Source: Candidatus Omnitrophota bacterium (GTDB lineage Bacteria > Omnitrophota > Gorgyraeia > B26-G9). From it: 58,558 nucleotides of DNA. The stretch is taken from positions 1 to 58,558 of the forward strand of contig JAHIOQ010000048.1 in assembly GCA_018895275.1 (NCBI GenBank), in the 5' to 3' direction. The first letter of the stretch is position 1, and every line of letters starts with the position of its first letter. The translations under genes and the position numbers were made by a program. Positions 18,575 through 26,722 of the stretch are shown here, in pieces. The notes under the pieces were generated by a model. It had not been told where the DNA came from and did no database searches. It saw only the letters and a list, made by a program, of their open reading frames with translations.

Positions 18575-19318
18575 TTATTCTTTAAACGTTACACTTGCGT
18601 GATAAAAAGTAATAATATCCCCGATATCATACCATACCCCTTCAAATTCATACCCAAACACATTTTTTTCTTTATGCAGCCAACTTATATAATCACCCGA
18701 AGTATCATGACAGTCTTTTTTCCGCACGTATTCACGCACAGATTCAAGGCTCTTCCTGGGAAAATAATAAATGCACATCGAAATAAGCGTGGAATCACTG
18801 TATTCCGGTTTCTCTTGAAAACGAATAATCCTGTTTTCATCATCAAGGGTAACCACCCCGTAATGCTTGACCAGTGAAGGGTCTTTAATATTATAGACCC
18901 CTACGGTACAATCATTGTTCTTATTTTTGGCGAAAGCGACAAACTTTTTTAAATCAAAAGAAAAAAGATTATCACCTCCCACGATTAACAAATCATCATC
19001 AACCGCATGGTTATTAAGCACAAAATTGATATCACCGATAGCTCCCAGACGGTCTTTTTCCGAGGTAGTTTTATCATTAAGAACCGAAATTTTTGTTTTA
19101 AACGTGAAATGCCCGGCCCATTCTTCGAAATAGTGAAAAAATTTATTATTGGTAATTACAATAATTTCATCTATTCCGTTTAAATTGTCAATTTTCTCCG
19201 CAATGTGCGAGATAATCGGTTTCTCTTTTACCAAAAGCAGCGGTTTCGGCCAATGTTTTGTCAAAGGATACAATCGCGTCGCATATCCGGCAGCTAGAAT
19301 TAAGGCTTTCATCGTCAC
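18575..19318 (-). CDS. Sugar-phosphate nucleotidyltransferase (NTP_transferase family)
   Basis: LILAAGYATRLYPLT, KPLL, GGDNLF, EKP and WYDIG. Confidence 0.9.
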   Translation of the reverse strand: MTMKALILAAGYATRLYPLTKHWPKPLLLVKEKPIISHIAEKIDNLNGIDEIIVITNNKFFHYFEEWAGHFTFKTKISVLNDKTTSEKDRLGAIGDINFVLNNHAVDDDLLIVGGDNLFSFDLKKFVAFAKNKNNDCTVGVYNIKDPSLVKHYGVVTLDDENRIIRFQEKPEYSDSTLISMCIYYFPRKSLESVREYVRKKDCHDTSGDYISWLHKEKNVFGYEFEGVWYDIGDIITFYHASVTFKE

Positions 19319-19332
19319 CTGACTGGTAATTA

Positions 19333-21096
19333 TTATTTTTTGTTATCGATAATCAGAGCCTTCAGCCTGGCATTCGCATGTTCGAGGATTTCCCTCCCTG
19401 ACTGCAGGGTAAGCACCTCAGCCGCGACTTCCTGCGACTGCTCCAGTGTCACGGAACGTATAACCTTTTTAATTTCCGGTACGGAAACAGCGCTTGCGCT
19501 AAACTCATCAAGCCCCATTCCCAGCAAAATCAATACAAATACCGGTTCCGAGGCCATTTCTCCGCACATGCCTACCCATAGCCCCTCACTATGCCCGATA
19601 TCTATAATTGATTTGATTAAGCGCAGTATGGCAGGATGGGCCGGTTCATAAAGATATGCTATTTTTTCGTTAACTCTGTCTACAGCCAAGGCATATTGGA
19701 TTAAATCATTCGTCCCTATGCTAAAAAAAGAAACTTCTTTTGCCAGGATATCCGCAATTAAAGCCGCAGAAGGAACCTCGATCATTATTCCGACCTCGAT
19801 ATCCTTATTAAAAGGAATACGCTTCCGCCTTAATTCCTGTTTGACTTCATCCAATATCTCGTTTGCCTTGCGCAGTTCATCTATACCGGAAATCATCGGA
19901 TACATGATCTTAAGATTTCCATATACACTTGCACGTAAAATTCCCCTTAATTGCGTTTTGAAAATTTCCGGCTGCGCAAGACAAAACCTAATCGCCCGAA
20001 TCCCCATTAGCGGATTCATTTCCATCGGCAGGTTTAAATGCGAAAGAAATTTATCTCCTCCGATATCCATAGTCCTGATAACCACGGTATTCTTTTTCAT
20101 ACACTGCGCAACTTTTTTGTATGCGAGAAAATGCTCTTCTTCCGTAGGCAAGTCCGTCCGGTTTAGATACATATATTCCGTGCGGTACAAACCAATGCCT
20201 TGAGCTCCATGATCTATTACCGAAGCAAGCTCTTCCGGAAACTCGATATTCGCTCCAATCACGACAGGATGGCCGTCCTTGGTAACAGCCGGTAGTGTTT
20301 TAAAACGAGAAAAGCCCTTTTCAAAATCAAGAAATTTCTTCTTTTCTATCTGGTATTTCCGGATTATCGGCCGCGGCGGATTTATAATAACGTTTCCGTT
20401 ATTTCCGTCGATAATAATAATATCGCCGTTTTTAACTGCGGGCGTAAGAGTTTTAAGACCTACGACCGCAGGTATTTCCAGGGAACGGGCCAGGATAGCC
20501 GTATGCGATGTCCTTGCCCCCATATCCGTCGCAAAACCGATTACCTTCTCTTTATGCATCTGCGCCGTATCGGAAGGAGAAAGGTTAGTGGCAACAATTA
20601 CCACCTTTTCATCCAATTCAAAGAACCCCTGCTTTTGTTTTCCCAACAGATTTCGTATAATTCGTTTGCCTACATCCTGAATATCAACAAGGCGTTCCCG
20701 AAGATACTCATCATCCATTTTAAGAAATATATTAGTGTATTTTTTCAGCACAATAACAAAAGCATATTCAACATTGATCTTTTCTTTTTTTATCTTATTG
20801 ATTACCTCCTCAATAAGCATACGGTCTTCTAAGACAAGCAGATGCGCGTCAAAAATTTCCGCATGTTCGACGCCCATTTCTTTAGCGATTTTTTTCTGGA
20901 TTTCAAGAATTTCCGTGCGGGTTTTTATCAAAGCTTCTTCGAACCGTGTAATCTCAAGCGGAAGCTTATTTTCAGGCAGAACGTGCCGGCTAATCGTGTA
21001 TTCCTCGCTATCCCATATAAACACACGACCGATACCGATACCCGGAGATACGGCTATTCCTTTAATAACTTTTTTATCCAACTGTTTCTGCTTCAT
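19333..21096 (-). CDS. ptsI: PEP-protein phosphotransferase (PTS enzyme I)
   Basis: TSHTAILAR, GIGLYRTE, RTMDIGGDK, SIGTNDLIQY and GMCGEMA. Confidence 0.97.
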   Translation of the reverse strand: MKQKQLDKKVIKGIAVSPGIGIGRVFIWDSEEYTISRHVLPENKLPLEITRFEEALIKTRTEILEIQKKIAKEMGVEHAEIFDAHLLVLEDRMLIEEVINKIKKEKINVEYAFVIVLKKYTNIFLKMDDEYLRERLVDIQDVGKRIIRNLLGKQKQGFFELDEKVVIVATNLSPSDTAQMHKEKVIGFATDMGARTSHTAILARSLEIPAVVGLKTLTPAVKNGDIIIIDGNNGNVIINPPRPIIRKYQIEKKKFLDFEKGFSRFKTLPAVTKDGHPVVIGANIEFPEELASVIDHGAQGIGLYRTEYMYLNRTDLPTEEEHFLAYKKVAQCMKKNTVVIRTMDIGGDKFLSHLNLPMEMNPLMGIRAIRFCLAQPEIFKTQLRGILRASVYGNLKIMYPMISGIDELRKANEILDEVKQELRRKRIPFNKDIEVGIMIEVPSAALIADILAKEVSFFSIGTNDLIQYALAVDRVNEKIAYLYEPAHPAILRLIKSIIDIGHSEGLWVGMCGEMASEPVFVLILLGMGLDEFSASAVSVPEIKKVIRSVTLEQSQEVAAEVLTLQSGREILEHANARLKALIIDNKK

Positions 21097-21367
21097 CGCT
21101 ATTTAATAGTATTTTTTCGAGTTCAACTATAGCCACATCCGCGTCCGGCCCTTCCGCGGAAATCACTACTTCCTGCCCCTGGCCGGCGGCAAGCATCAAT
21201 ATGCCCATAATCGACTTGCCGTTGACTTTTTGCCTGCCTTTTTTAACCGTTATTTCACTATCAAACTTATTCGCGACCTGGACAAAAATTGCTGCCGGTC
21301 GGGCATGTAAACCTGTTTTATTTTTAATTGTCACATGCCTGGTCACGCTTTTAAATACATTGTCCAT
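21074..21367 (-). CDS. ptsH: Phosphocarrier protein HPr
   Basis: GLHARPAA (His15) and KSIMG (Ser46); start moved to the ATG at 21367, which has an AGGAG ribosome-binding site. Confidence 0.95.
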   Translation of the reverse strand: MDNVFKSVTRHVTIKNKTGLHARPAAIFVQVANKFDSEITVKKGRQKVNGKSIMGILMLAAGQGQEVVISAEGPDADVAIVELEKILLNSDEAETVG

Positions 21368-21383
21368 CTTTTCTCCTGTCGGC

Positions 21384-22637
21384 TCAAACAAACATAGTTC
21401 CCTTATATTTAAGCTCCAGCACAAGGTTAATTATACTTTTAGCAATCTCTTCCGAGTTATGCCGCACATGATCCTGTGTGCTTATGACATTATCGGCAAT
21501 AACCTTAATTCCCGCTTCCTTGATTTTCTGGATATCCGCTTTTACGGGAGAAGCATTTTCTTTTTTGTATTTTTCTAAAAACTCCTCAGGCACTTTACCC
21601 GTATTTACCACACAATAATCAACGATTCTTCGTTTAGTATGATCCTGGATTGCCTTCAAGTGGTCATAAGCCGTATAGTTATCGGTTTCTCCCGACTGTG
21701 TCATAACATTACAGATGTAGATTTTTAACGCGGATGATGTTTCTATCGCTTCCGGTATGTTTTTTATCAGCAAATTCGGCAGCACGCTCGTATACAAACT
21801 GCCGGGCCCTAAAATGATTGCCTCAGCATTCATTATCGCCTCAAGCGCATCATCCGTGGGCAAACAATTTTCCGGGATAAGATGTACGCGATTAATCGGG
21901 CTTGTGCTTTTTGATATCCTTGTTTCTCCGTAGGTGTTCGTACCGTCAAGATGTTCCGCCAGTAAATTTACTCTTTTCAATGTCGATGGAATAACCTGCC
22001 CCCTAATCGCCAATACCTTACTGGATTCCTTGATTGCCTTATCAAAATCACCCACCAATTTTGTCATTACGGTAATAAAAAGATTACCGAAATTATGACC
22101 GGCTAATTCCGTGCCTTCCTGGAAACGAAACTGAAACAAATCGCGCATCAGCGGTTCCGCGTCGGCAAGCGCAACAAGGCAGTTGCGGATATCCCCCGGC
22201 GGCAATATGTCAAATTGCTGGCTCAAACGCCCGGAACTGCCTCCGTCATCCGCTACGGTGACAATCGCCGTTAAATTAGAAGTGTACTTTTTTAATCCCT
22301 GTAAAAGAACGGATAATCCGGTGCCGCCGCCGATAACAACGATTTTCGGCCCGCGGCTAAGCTGCCTTTTTTTATACACAATATCTACGAGTTCTTTTTC
22401 GCGGTACAACGGCATGAAAACCGTAATAAACGATTTCAGCATTCTTTTTATTCCGGCAAAAATTAAAATTATCCCGGTTAATACTAAGAAACCCCCGACA
22501 ACTGAAATTCCCTGCTTTTTAAATTCCGCAACTCCTTGAACCGTACCAAAAACAATTAAAGCAATTCCCGCGGCGCTCAAAAGTATCCAGCGCTTTACTT
22601 TCATTCCCGGATATAGCCACTTGAGAATTCTCATCAC
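21384..22637 (-). CDS. yvcK: YvcK/GlmR-family UDP-GlcNAc-binding protein with an N-terminal membrane extension
   Basis: IGGGTGL, VTVADDGGSSG, PPGDIRN, GHNFGNL and GPGSLYTS; two N-terminal TM helices. Confidence 0.92.
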   Translation of the reverse strand: MMRILKWLYPGMKVKRWILLSAAGIALIVFGTVQGVAEFKKQGISVVGGFLVLTGIILIFAGIKRMLKSFITVFMPLYREKELVDIVYKKRQLSRGPKIVVIGGGTGLSVLLQGLKKYTSNLTAIVTVADDGGSSGRLSQQFDILPPGDIRNCLVALADAEPLMRDLFQFRFQEGTELAGHNFGNLFITVMTKLVGDFDKAIKESSKVLAIRGQVIPSTLKRVNLLAEHLDGTNTYGETRISKSTSPINRVHLIPENCLPTDDALEAIMNAEAIILGPGSLYTSVLPNLLIKNIPEAIETSSALKIYICNVMTQSGETDNYTAYDHLKAIQDHTKRRIVDYCVVNTGKVPEEFLEKYKKENASPVKADIQKIKEAGIKVIADNVISTQDHVRHNSEEIAKSIINLVLELKYKGTMFV

Positions 22638-22643
22638 ACCTGA

Positions 22644-23105
22644 TTACTTTTTCGAGTCTTCTTGTTTAATAACCTTCAAAAGCGTCTTTTCATCCTTCGC
22701 CGAGCGCAGCGTATCCCGGAAATATTTATCTTTCAAAAGCCGCGAAATTCGGGCAAGGGCTTTTAAGTGCGGCCCCGCCGAATCTTCCGATGCGACAAGA
22801 AGAAAAAAGATGTAAACCGGTTCTCCGTCAAGAGAATCAAAATTTACGCCTTTTTGTGATACCCCGAAAGCGGCGACTAATTCCTTTACGCTTTCGGACT
22901 TTCCGTGCGGGATAGCCACTCCCTGCCCGATGCCGGTCGAGCCTAAGGCTTCACGTTCAAGTAAAACTTTCACAAGCCGCTCTTTATCCTTTATTGCCTG
23001 CGCATCGACAAGAAGCTCGATTAATTCTCTGATTACACCTTCTTTTGTCGTTGCTTTCAGGTCGGCAGAGATCGCCTTTTCGTTTAAAAACTCCATTATT
23101 TTCAT
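22644..23105 (-). CDS. ptsN: PTS IIA (Ntr/Fru type)
   Basis: REALGSTGIGQGVAIPHGK and HLKALARISRLL. Confidence 0.9.
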   Translation of the reverse strand: MKIMEFLNEKAISADLKATTKEGVIRELIELLVDAQAIKDKERLVKVLLEREALGSTGIGQGVAIPHGKSESVKELVAAFGVSQKGVNFDSLDGEPVYIFFLLVASEDSAGPHLKALARISRLLKDKYFRDTLRSAKDEKTLLKVIKQEDSKK

Positions 23106-23118
23106 CTTTACGAACCTC

Positions 23119-23463
23119 CTATGAGTTTATATCTCCGGCAACCGCTTCCACCGTTCTTTTTTTATTATCTTTTTTACGATATACTTTAATTTTATCCTTA
23201 TGACGGCGCAAAGCCTTTTCCACTCGGACACAGACCTTATCAATTGCCGAGTACATATCGGTATCAACACTTTTTTCCGTAAATTTTAAACGTTTTCCAA
23301 ATACGGATATTTCCGCACAGTGCCTGTATTTTTCAACACTAAGAATAACATGAACGTCGATTATTGTATGCAAATACTTCTCAAAGTTTTCGACTCTTTT
23401 TTCAACATGCTGCTTTAAAGCATCGGTTATTTCAAAGTGTCTTCCGCTTATCCTGATATCCAC
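23119..23463 (-). CDS. hpf: Ribosome hibernation promoting factor (short HPF/RaiA)
   Basis: DIRISGRHFEITDALK...DMYSAID...LRRHKDK; GTG start at 23463 after AAGGAGG. Confidence 0.92.
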   Translation of the reverse strand: MDIRISGRHFEITDALKQHVEKRVENFEKYLHTIIDVHVILSVEKYRHCAEISVFGKRLKFTEKSVDTDMYSAIDKVCVRVEKALRRHKDKIKVYRKKDNKKRTVEAVAGDINS

Positions 23464-23502
23464 GGTTACCTCCTTCTTGTTCACCTGATAGACAATATTG
23501 TC

Positions 23503-23531
23503 ATCATATCATTATTTAGTGAGTACGTCAA
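23503..23531 (-). promoter_or_regulatory. sigma70 promoter (TTGACG-N17-TATGAT) in the lptB-hpf gap
   Basis: Minus strand reads TTGACG tactcactaaataatga TATGAT. Confidence 0.65.
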
Positions 23532-23540
23532 GAAACGCTC

Positions 23541-24269
23541 TTACATCGCAAATTTTTCCCCGAGATAAAACTTTTTTGCGTCAGGGTTATTTATGAGTTC
23601 CTGCGCCGTTCCGGAAAGAAGAATTTTCCCTTCGGTCATAATGTAACTGCGGTCGGTAATGCTTAACGTCTCTCTTACGTTATGATCCGTAAGCAATATT
23701 CCCAACCCTTTATTTTTTAAATCAGCGATAATCTGCTGAACATCAAATACGGCAATCGGATCTACCCCGCTAAAGGGTTCATCCAAAAGAATAAACGATG
23801 GATTTGTAACAAGACAGCGGGTTATTTCCAGACGCCGGCGTTCCCCGCCGGAAAGTGTATATGCCTTGCTTTTGGCCAATTGGCTCATCCGCAGTTCTTC
23901 CAAAAGCTCCTCAAGCCTCTTTTTCCGGTCTTTTTTAGACAAAGGCAATGTTTCCAATACCGCCATGATATTTTCTTCTACGCTCAATTTTCTGAAAACT
24001 GAAGGCTCCTGGGAAAGATATCCGATGCCGCAGCGTACCCTTTTATACATGGGCATATGCGTTATCTCCCGGTTATCAAAAAAAATCTTTCCGTTATTAG
24101 GCGTAATTAAGCCGACAACCATATAAAAAGTAGTGGTCTTCCCTGCTCCATTCGGCCCTAAAAGTCCGACAACCTCCCCTTTTTTAACGGAAAGGCTTAC
24201 TCCATCAACAATCTTTTTCTTTTTATACGATTTGGCAATTGCTTCTGTTCTTAAAAGATGGTCTTCCAT
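23541..24269 (-). CDS. lptB: LPS export ABC ATPase LptB
   Basis: GPNGAGKTT, YLSQEPSVFRKL, LSGGERRR, LLDEPF and TDHNVRETL; probable start at ATG 24269. Confidence 0.96.
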   Translation of the reverse strand: MEDHLLRTEAIAKSYKKKKIVDGVSLSVKKGEVVGLLGPNGAGKTTTFYMVVGLITPNNGKIFFDNREITHMPMYKRVRCGIGYLSQEPSVFRKLSVEENIMAVLETLPLSKKDRKKRLEELLEELRMSQLAKSKAYTLSGGERRRLEITRCLVTNPSFILLDEPFSGVDPIAVFDVQQIIADLKNKGLGILLTDHNVRETLSITDRSYIMTEGKILLSGTAQELINNPDAKKFYLGEKFAM

Positions 24270-24295
24270 GTAAAAAAATTCCTTTTTAACGATCT

Positions 24296-24814
24296 TCAGC
24301 CGGAGTAATAATGCACCAGCGCCTGCCATTTATCCTGTGCTTTTAAAATAAGTTCGATAACTTCTCTTATCGCGCCGTCACCGGCGTTTCTTTTTGTCAC
24401 ATAGTCGGCAATATCTTTGATCTCATCACAGGCCTGCGGCACGGTGACAGCTACTCCGGCAGCTCTCAACACCGGCATGTCCATCAAATCGTCTCCAATA
24501 TAGCAGGCATCTTCCGGCTTCAACTTAAACTTTTTTAAAATGTTGCGAAACACCTTAAGCTTGTTTTCGGCATTTTGACAAATGCTGTGAATTTTTAATT
24601 CTTTAGCGCGGCGCTGCAATGCCTTTGAAGATTTACCGGTAATAATTGCCGATTTTATGCCTGCCTTATGAAGCAGGACAAAACCAAAACCATCCTGGAG
24701 ATTAAACCGGCGATAATCATCGTTAAAATTTCCGTAAATAATAGAACCGTCGGTCATGACCCCGTCGACATCTACCACCAGCAGTTTTATTTTTTTCGCC
24801 TTTTCCGGCCTCAT
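24296..24814 (-). CDS. kdsC: KDO 8-phosphate phosphatase (HAD)
   Basis: DVDGVMTDG, QDG, YIGDDLMD and GDGAIRE. Confidence 0.93.
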   Translation of the reverse strand: MRPEKAKKIKLLVVDVDGVMTDGSIIYGNFNDDYRRFNLQDGFGFVLLHKAGIKSAIITGKSSKALQRRAKELKIHSICQNAENKLKVFRNILKKFKLKPEDACYIGDDLMDMPVLRAAGVAVTVPQACDEIKDIADYVTKRNAGDGAIREVIELILKAQDKWQALVHYYSG

Positions 24815-25785
24815 ACAATCCCCGCTTTTAACAGGTCCTGAACATCAAGCAGCCCGACAGGGCGTTTTCGCTCATCGACTACCGGCAACTCATCTATCTT
24901 TTTCTCTTTTAATATTTTTAAGGCTTCAATAGCCAGATGTTCTTTATTAATCGTCGCCGGGTTTTTGGTCATCACGCAGCGTACTTCCTTATCGAGTATC
25001 TGCGAATCGGCCTCGATATGCCGGCGCAAATCTCCATCGGTAAAAATACCGCAAACCTGTTTTTTGGGATTAATAACCGTGGCGCATCCGGCACGTGATT
25101 TAGTAATCTGCAGCAAAACATTTTTCACCTTTTCCGTATCGCGCACTATGGGATTCTGCCGGCCTTTACGCATAAGATCTTTTACCTGCAATAACTTTTT
25201 TCCCAAACTCCCGCCGGGATGATAAAACGCATAATCCTCAATCTTGAATCCCTTTCTTGTTAATACAGCCAAAGCCAGCGCATCCCCCATTGCCAATGTC
25301 GCGGTTGTGCTTGATGTCGGCGCCAGATTGAACGGGCAAGCCTCTCTCTTTACGGACACATTGAGCATTATGTCGCTATAGTGTGCCAATACGGATTTCG
25401 GATTGCCGGTGAAAGAGATAAGCTTTGCGCCGATTTTTTTTATTAGGGGCAGGAGTCTCGTAATCTCTTCGGTTTGCCCGCTGTTGGAAATAGCGATAAT
25501 AATGTCGTCACAGGTAACCCGGCCTAAATCTCCATGCACCGCCTCTGCCGGGTGCAAAAAAAGGCTCGGAACTCCCAGGCTTGCCATTGTTGCCGATATC
25601 TTATTTCCGATAAGCCCGGGTTTTCCCATGCCGGTAACGACGACCCTTCCCGTACAATTAGCAATAAGTTCTACCGCTTTATCAAACTCTTTATTCACAC
25701 GGGGAATTAATGCCATGATCGCTTTCGCCTCTAACCGCAGCACTTCTTTGGCAATCTTTTGATACTTTTTTTCAAGCATGAACAA
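24811..25785 (-). CDS. kdsD: Arabinose 5-phosphate isomerase (KpsF/GutQ; SIS plus CBS domains)
   Basis: GMGKPG, EAVHGDLG, LAPTSST, HPGGSLG and a CBS pair. Confidence 0.95.
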   Translation of the reverse strand: MFMLEKKYQKIAKEVLRLEAKAIMALIPRVNKEFDKAVELIANCTGRVVVTGMGKPGLIGNKISATMASLGVPSLFLHPAEAVHGDLGRVTCDDIIIAISNSGQTEEITRLLPLIKKIGAKLISFTGNPKSVLAHYSDIMLNVSVKREACPFNLAPTSSTTATLAMGDALALAVLTRKGFKIEDYAFYHPGGSLGKKLLQVKDLMRKGRQNPIVRDTEKVKNVLLQITKSRAGCATVINPKKQVCGIFTDGDLRRHIEADSQILDKEVRCVMTKNPATINKEHLAIEALKILKEKKIDELPVVDERKRPVGLLDVQDLLKAGIV

Positions 25786-26611
25786 TCTCCCAGATCTTTT
25801 TTGCTTTGCTCAGCAGGTTCTCGAGAGTATCCATATTTATCATATTCGGGCCGTCACATAAGGCCTTTTTCGGAGTAAAGTGAACCTCCATAAACAGTCC
25901 GTCTGCCCCGGCGGCCGCGGCACTCAACGCCAGAGTTTCTACAAATTCCCGCTCCCCGGAAGACTTGTTATTTCCCGCGCTCGGCAGCTGAACGCTATGC
26001 GTCGCGTCAAAAACCACGGGATAGCCAAAGCGCTGCATTATCGGAATAGAACGCATGTCGCTTACTAAATTATGATACCCGAAACAAACCCCGCGTTCCG
26101 TAAGCACGATCTTCTTATTCCCGGTACTTTCAATCTTTTGAATTACATTAATCATATCATCCGGAGCCATGAATTGCCCTTTTTTGACGTTAATCACCCG
26201 ATTGGTCTTTGCCGCGCTGATAAGCAGATCTGTTTGGCGGCTCAACAAGGCCGGTATCTGCAGCATATCCAGGATATCTTTTGCGGCTTTAGCCTCTTCC
26301 GCGCAATGCACATCGCTGGTAACGGGGATTTTCAGCTCTTTTTTGACCTTTTTTAATATAGCAAGGCCTTTTTTCAGCCCCGGACCACGGAAGGATGAGA
26401 CAGATGTGCGGTTAGCCTTATCATAACTCGACTTAAAAATAAACGGGATTTGCAGCGCCTCAGTCAGGCTTTTAAGCGCGTAGGCATGTTCAAGACACGT
26501 CTTTTCCGATTCTATTACGCAAGGACCGGCGATGAGAAAAATAGTTCTTTTTTGTAATCTATCGGCCAGCCAGTGCCAAAAATAATTTCCTTTAGAAAAA
26601 TCCATATCCAT
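25772..26611 (-). CDS. kdsA: KDO 8-phosphate synthase
   Basis: IAGPCVIES, KSSYDKANRTS, NVKKGQF, FDATHSVQLP and CDGPN; start set at ATG 26611 because the promoter lies inside the longer ORF call. Confidence 0.96.
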   Translation of the reverse strand: MDMDFSKGNYFWHWLADRLQKRTIFLIAGPCVIESEKTCLEHAYALKSLTEALQIPFIFKSSYDKANRTSVSSFRGPGLKKGLAILKKVKKELKIPVTSDVHCAEEAKAAKDILDMLQIPALLSRQTDLLISAAKTNRVINVKKGQFMAPDDMINVIQKIESTGNKKIVLTERGVCFGYHNLVSDMRSIPIMQRFGYPVVFDATHSVQLPSAGNNKSSGEREFVETLALSAAAAGADGLFMEVHFTPKKALCDGPNMINMDTLENLLSKAKKIWEIVHA

Positions 26612-26618
26612 ACGATAT

Positions 26619-26647
26619 ATTCTACAATAGCAAACTATAAAATTCAA
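26619..26647 (-). promoter_or_regulatory. sigma70 promoter (TTGAAT-N17-TAGAAT) for the kds/lpt/pts operon
   Basis: The -10 hexamer ends 7 nt before the kdsA ATG. Confidence 0.55.
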
Positions 26648-26658
26648 GCAAAAAGACT

Positions 26659-26702
26659 ATAACAACAGCCCCTTACCTTTTCGGATAAGGGGCTGTTGTT
26701 AT
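26659..26702 (-). terminator. Strong intrinsic terminator after the giant gene
   Basis: 17-bp perfect stem ATAACAACAGCCCCTTA/TAAGGGGCTGTTGTTAT. Confidence 0.85.
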
Positions 26703-26722
26703 AACTTATTATGCCGCAGCAA

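Noticed and set aside
18540-18580. SAM riboswitch before metK-ahcY
   Set aside because: Only about 18 bp separate metK from the upstream gene, leaving no room.
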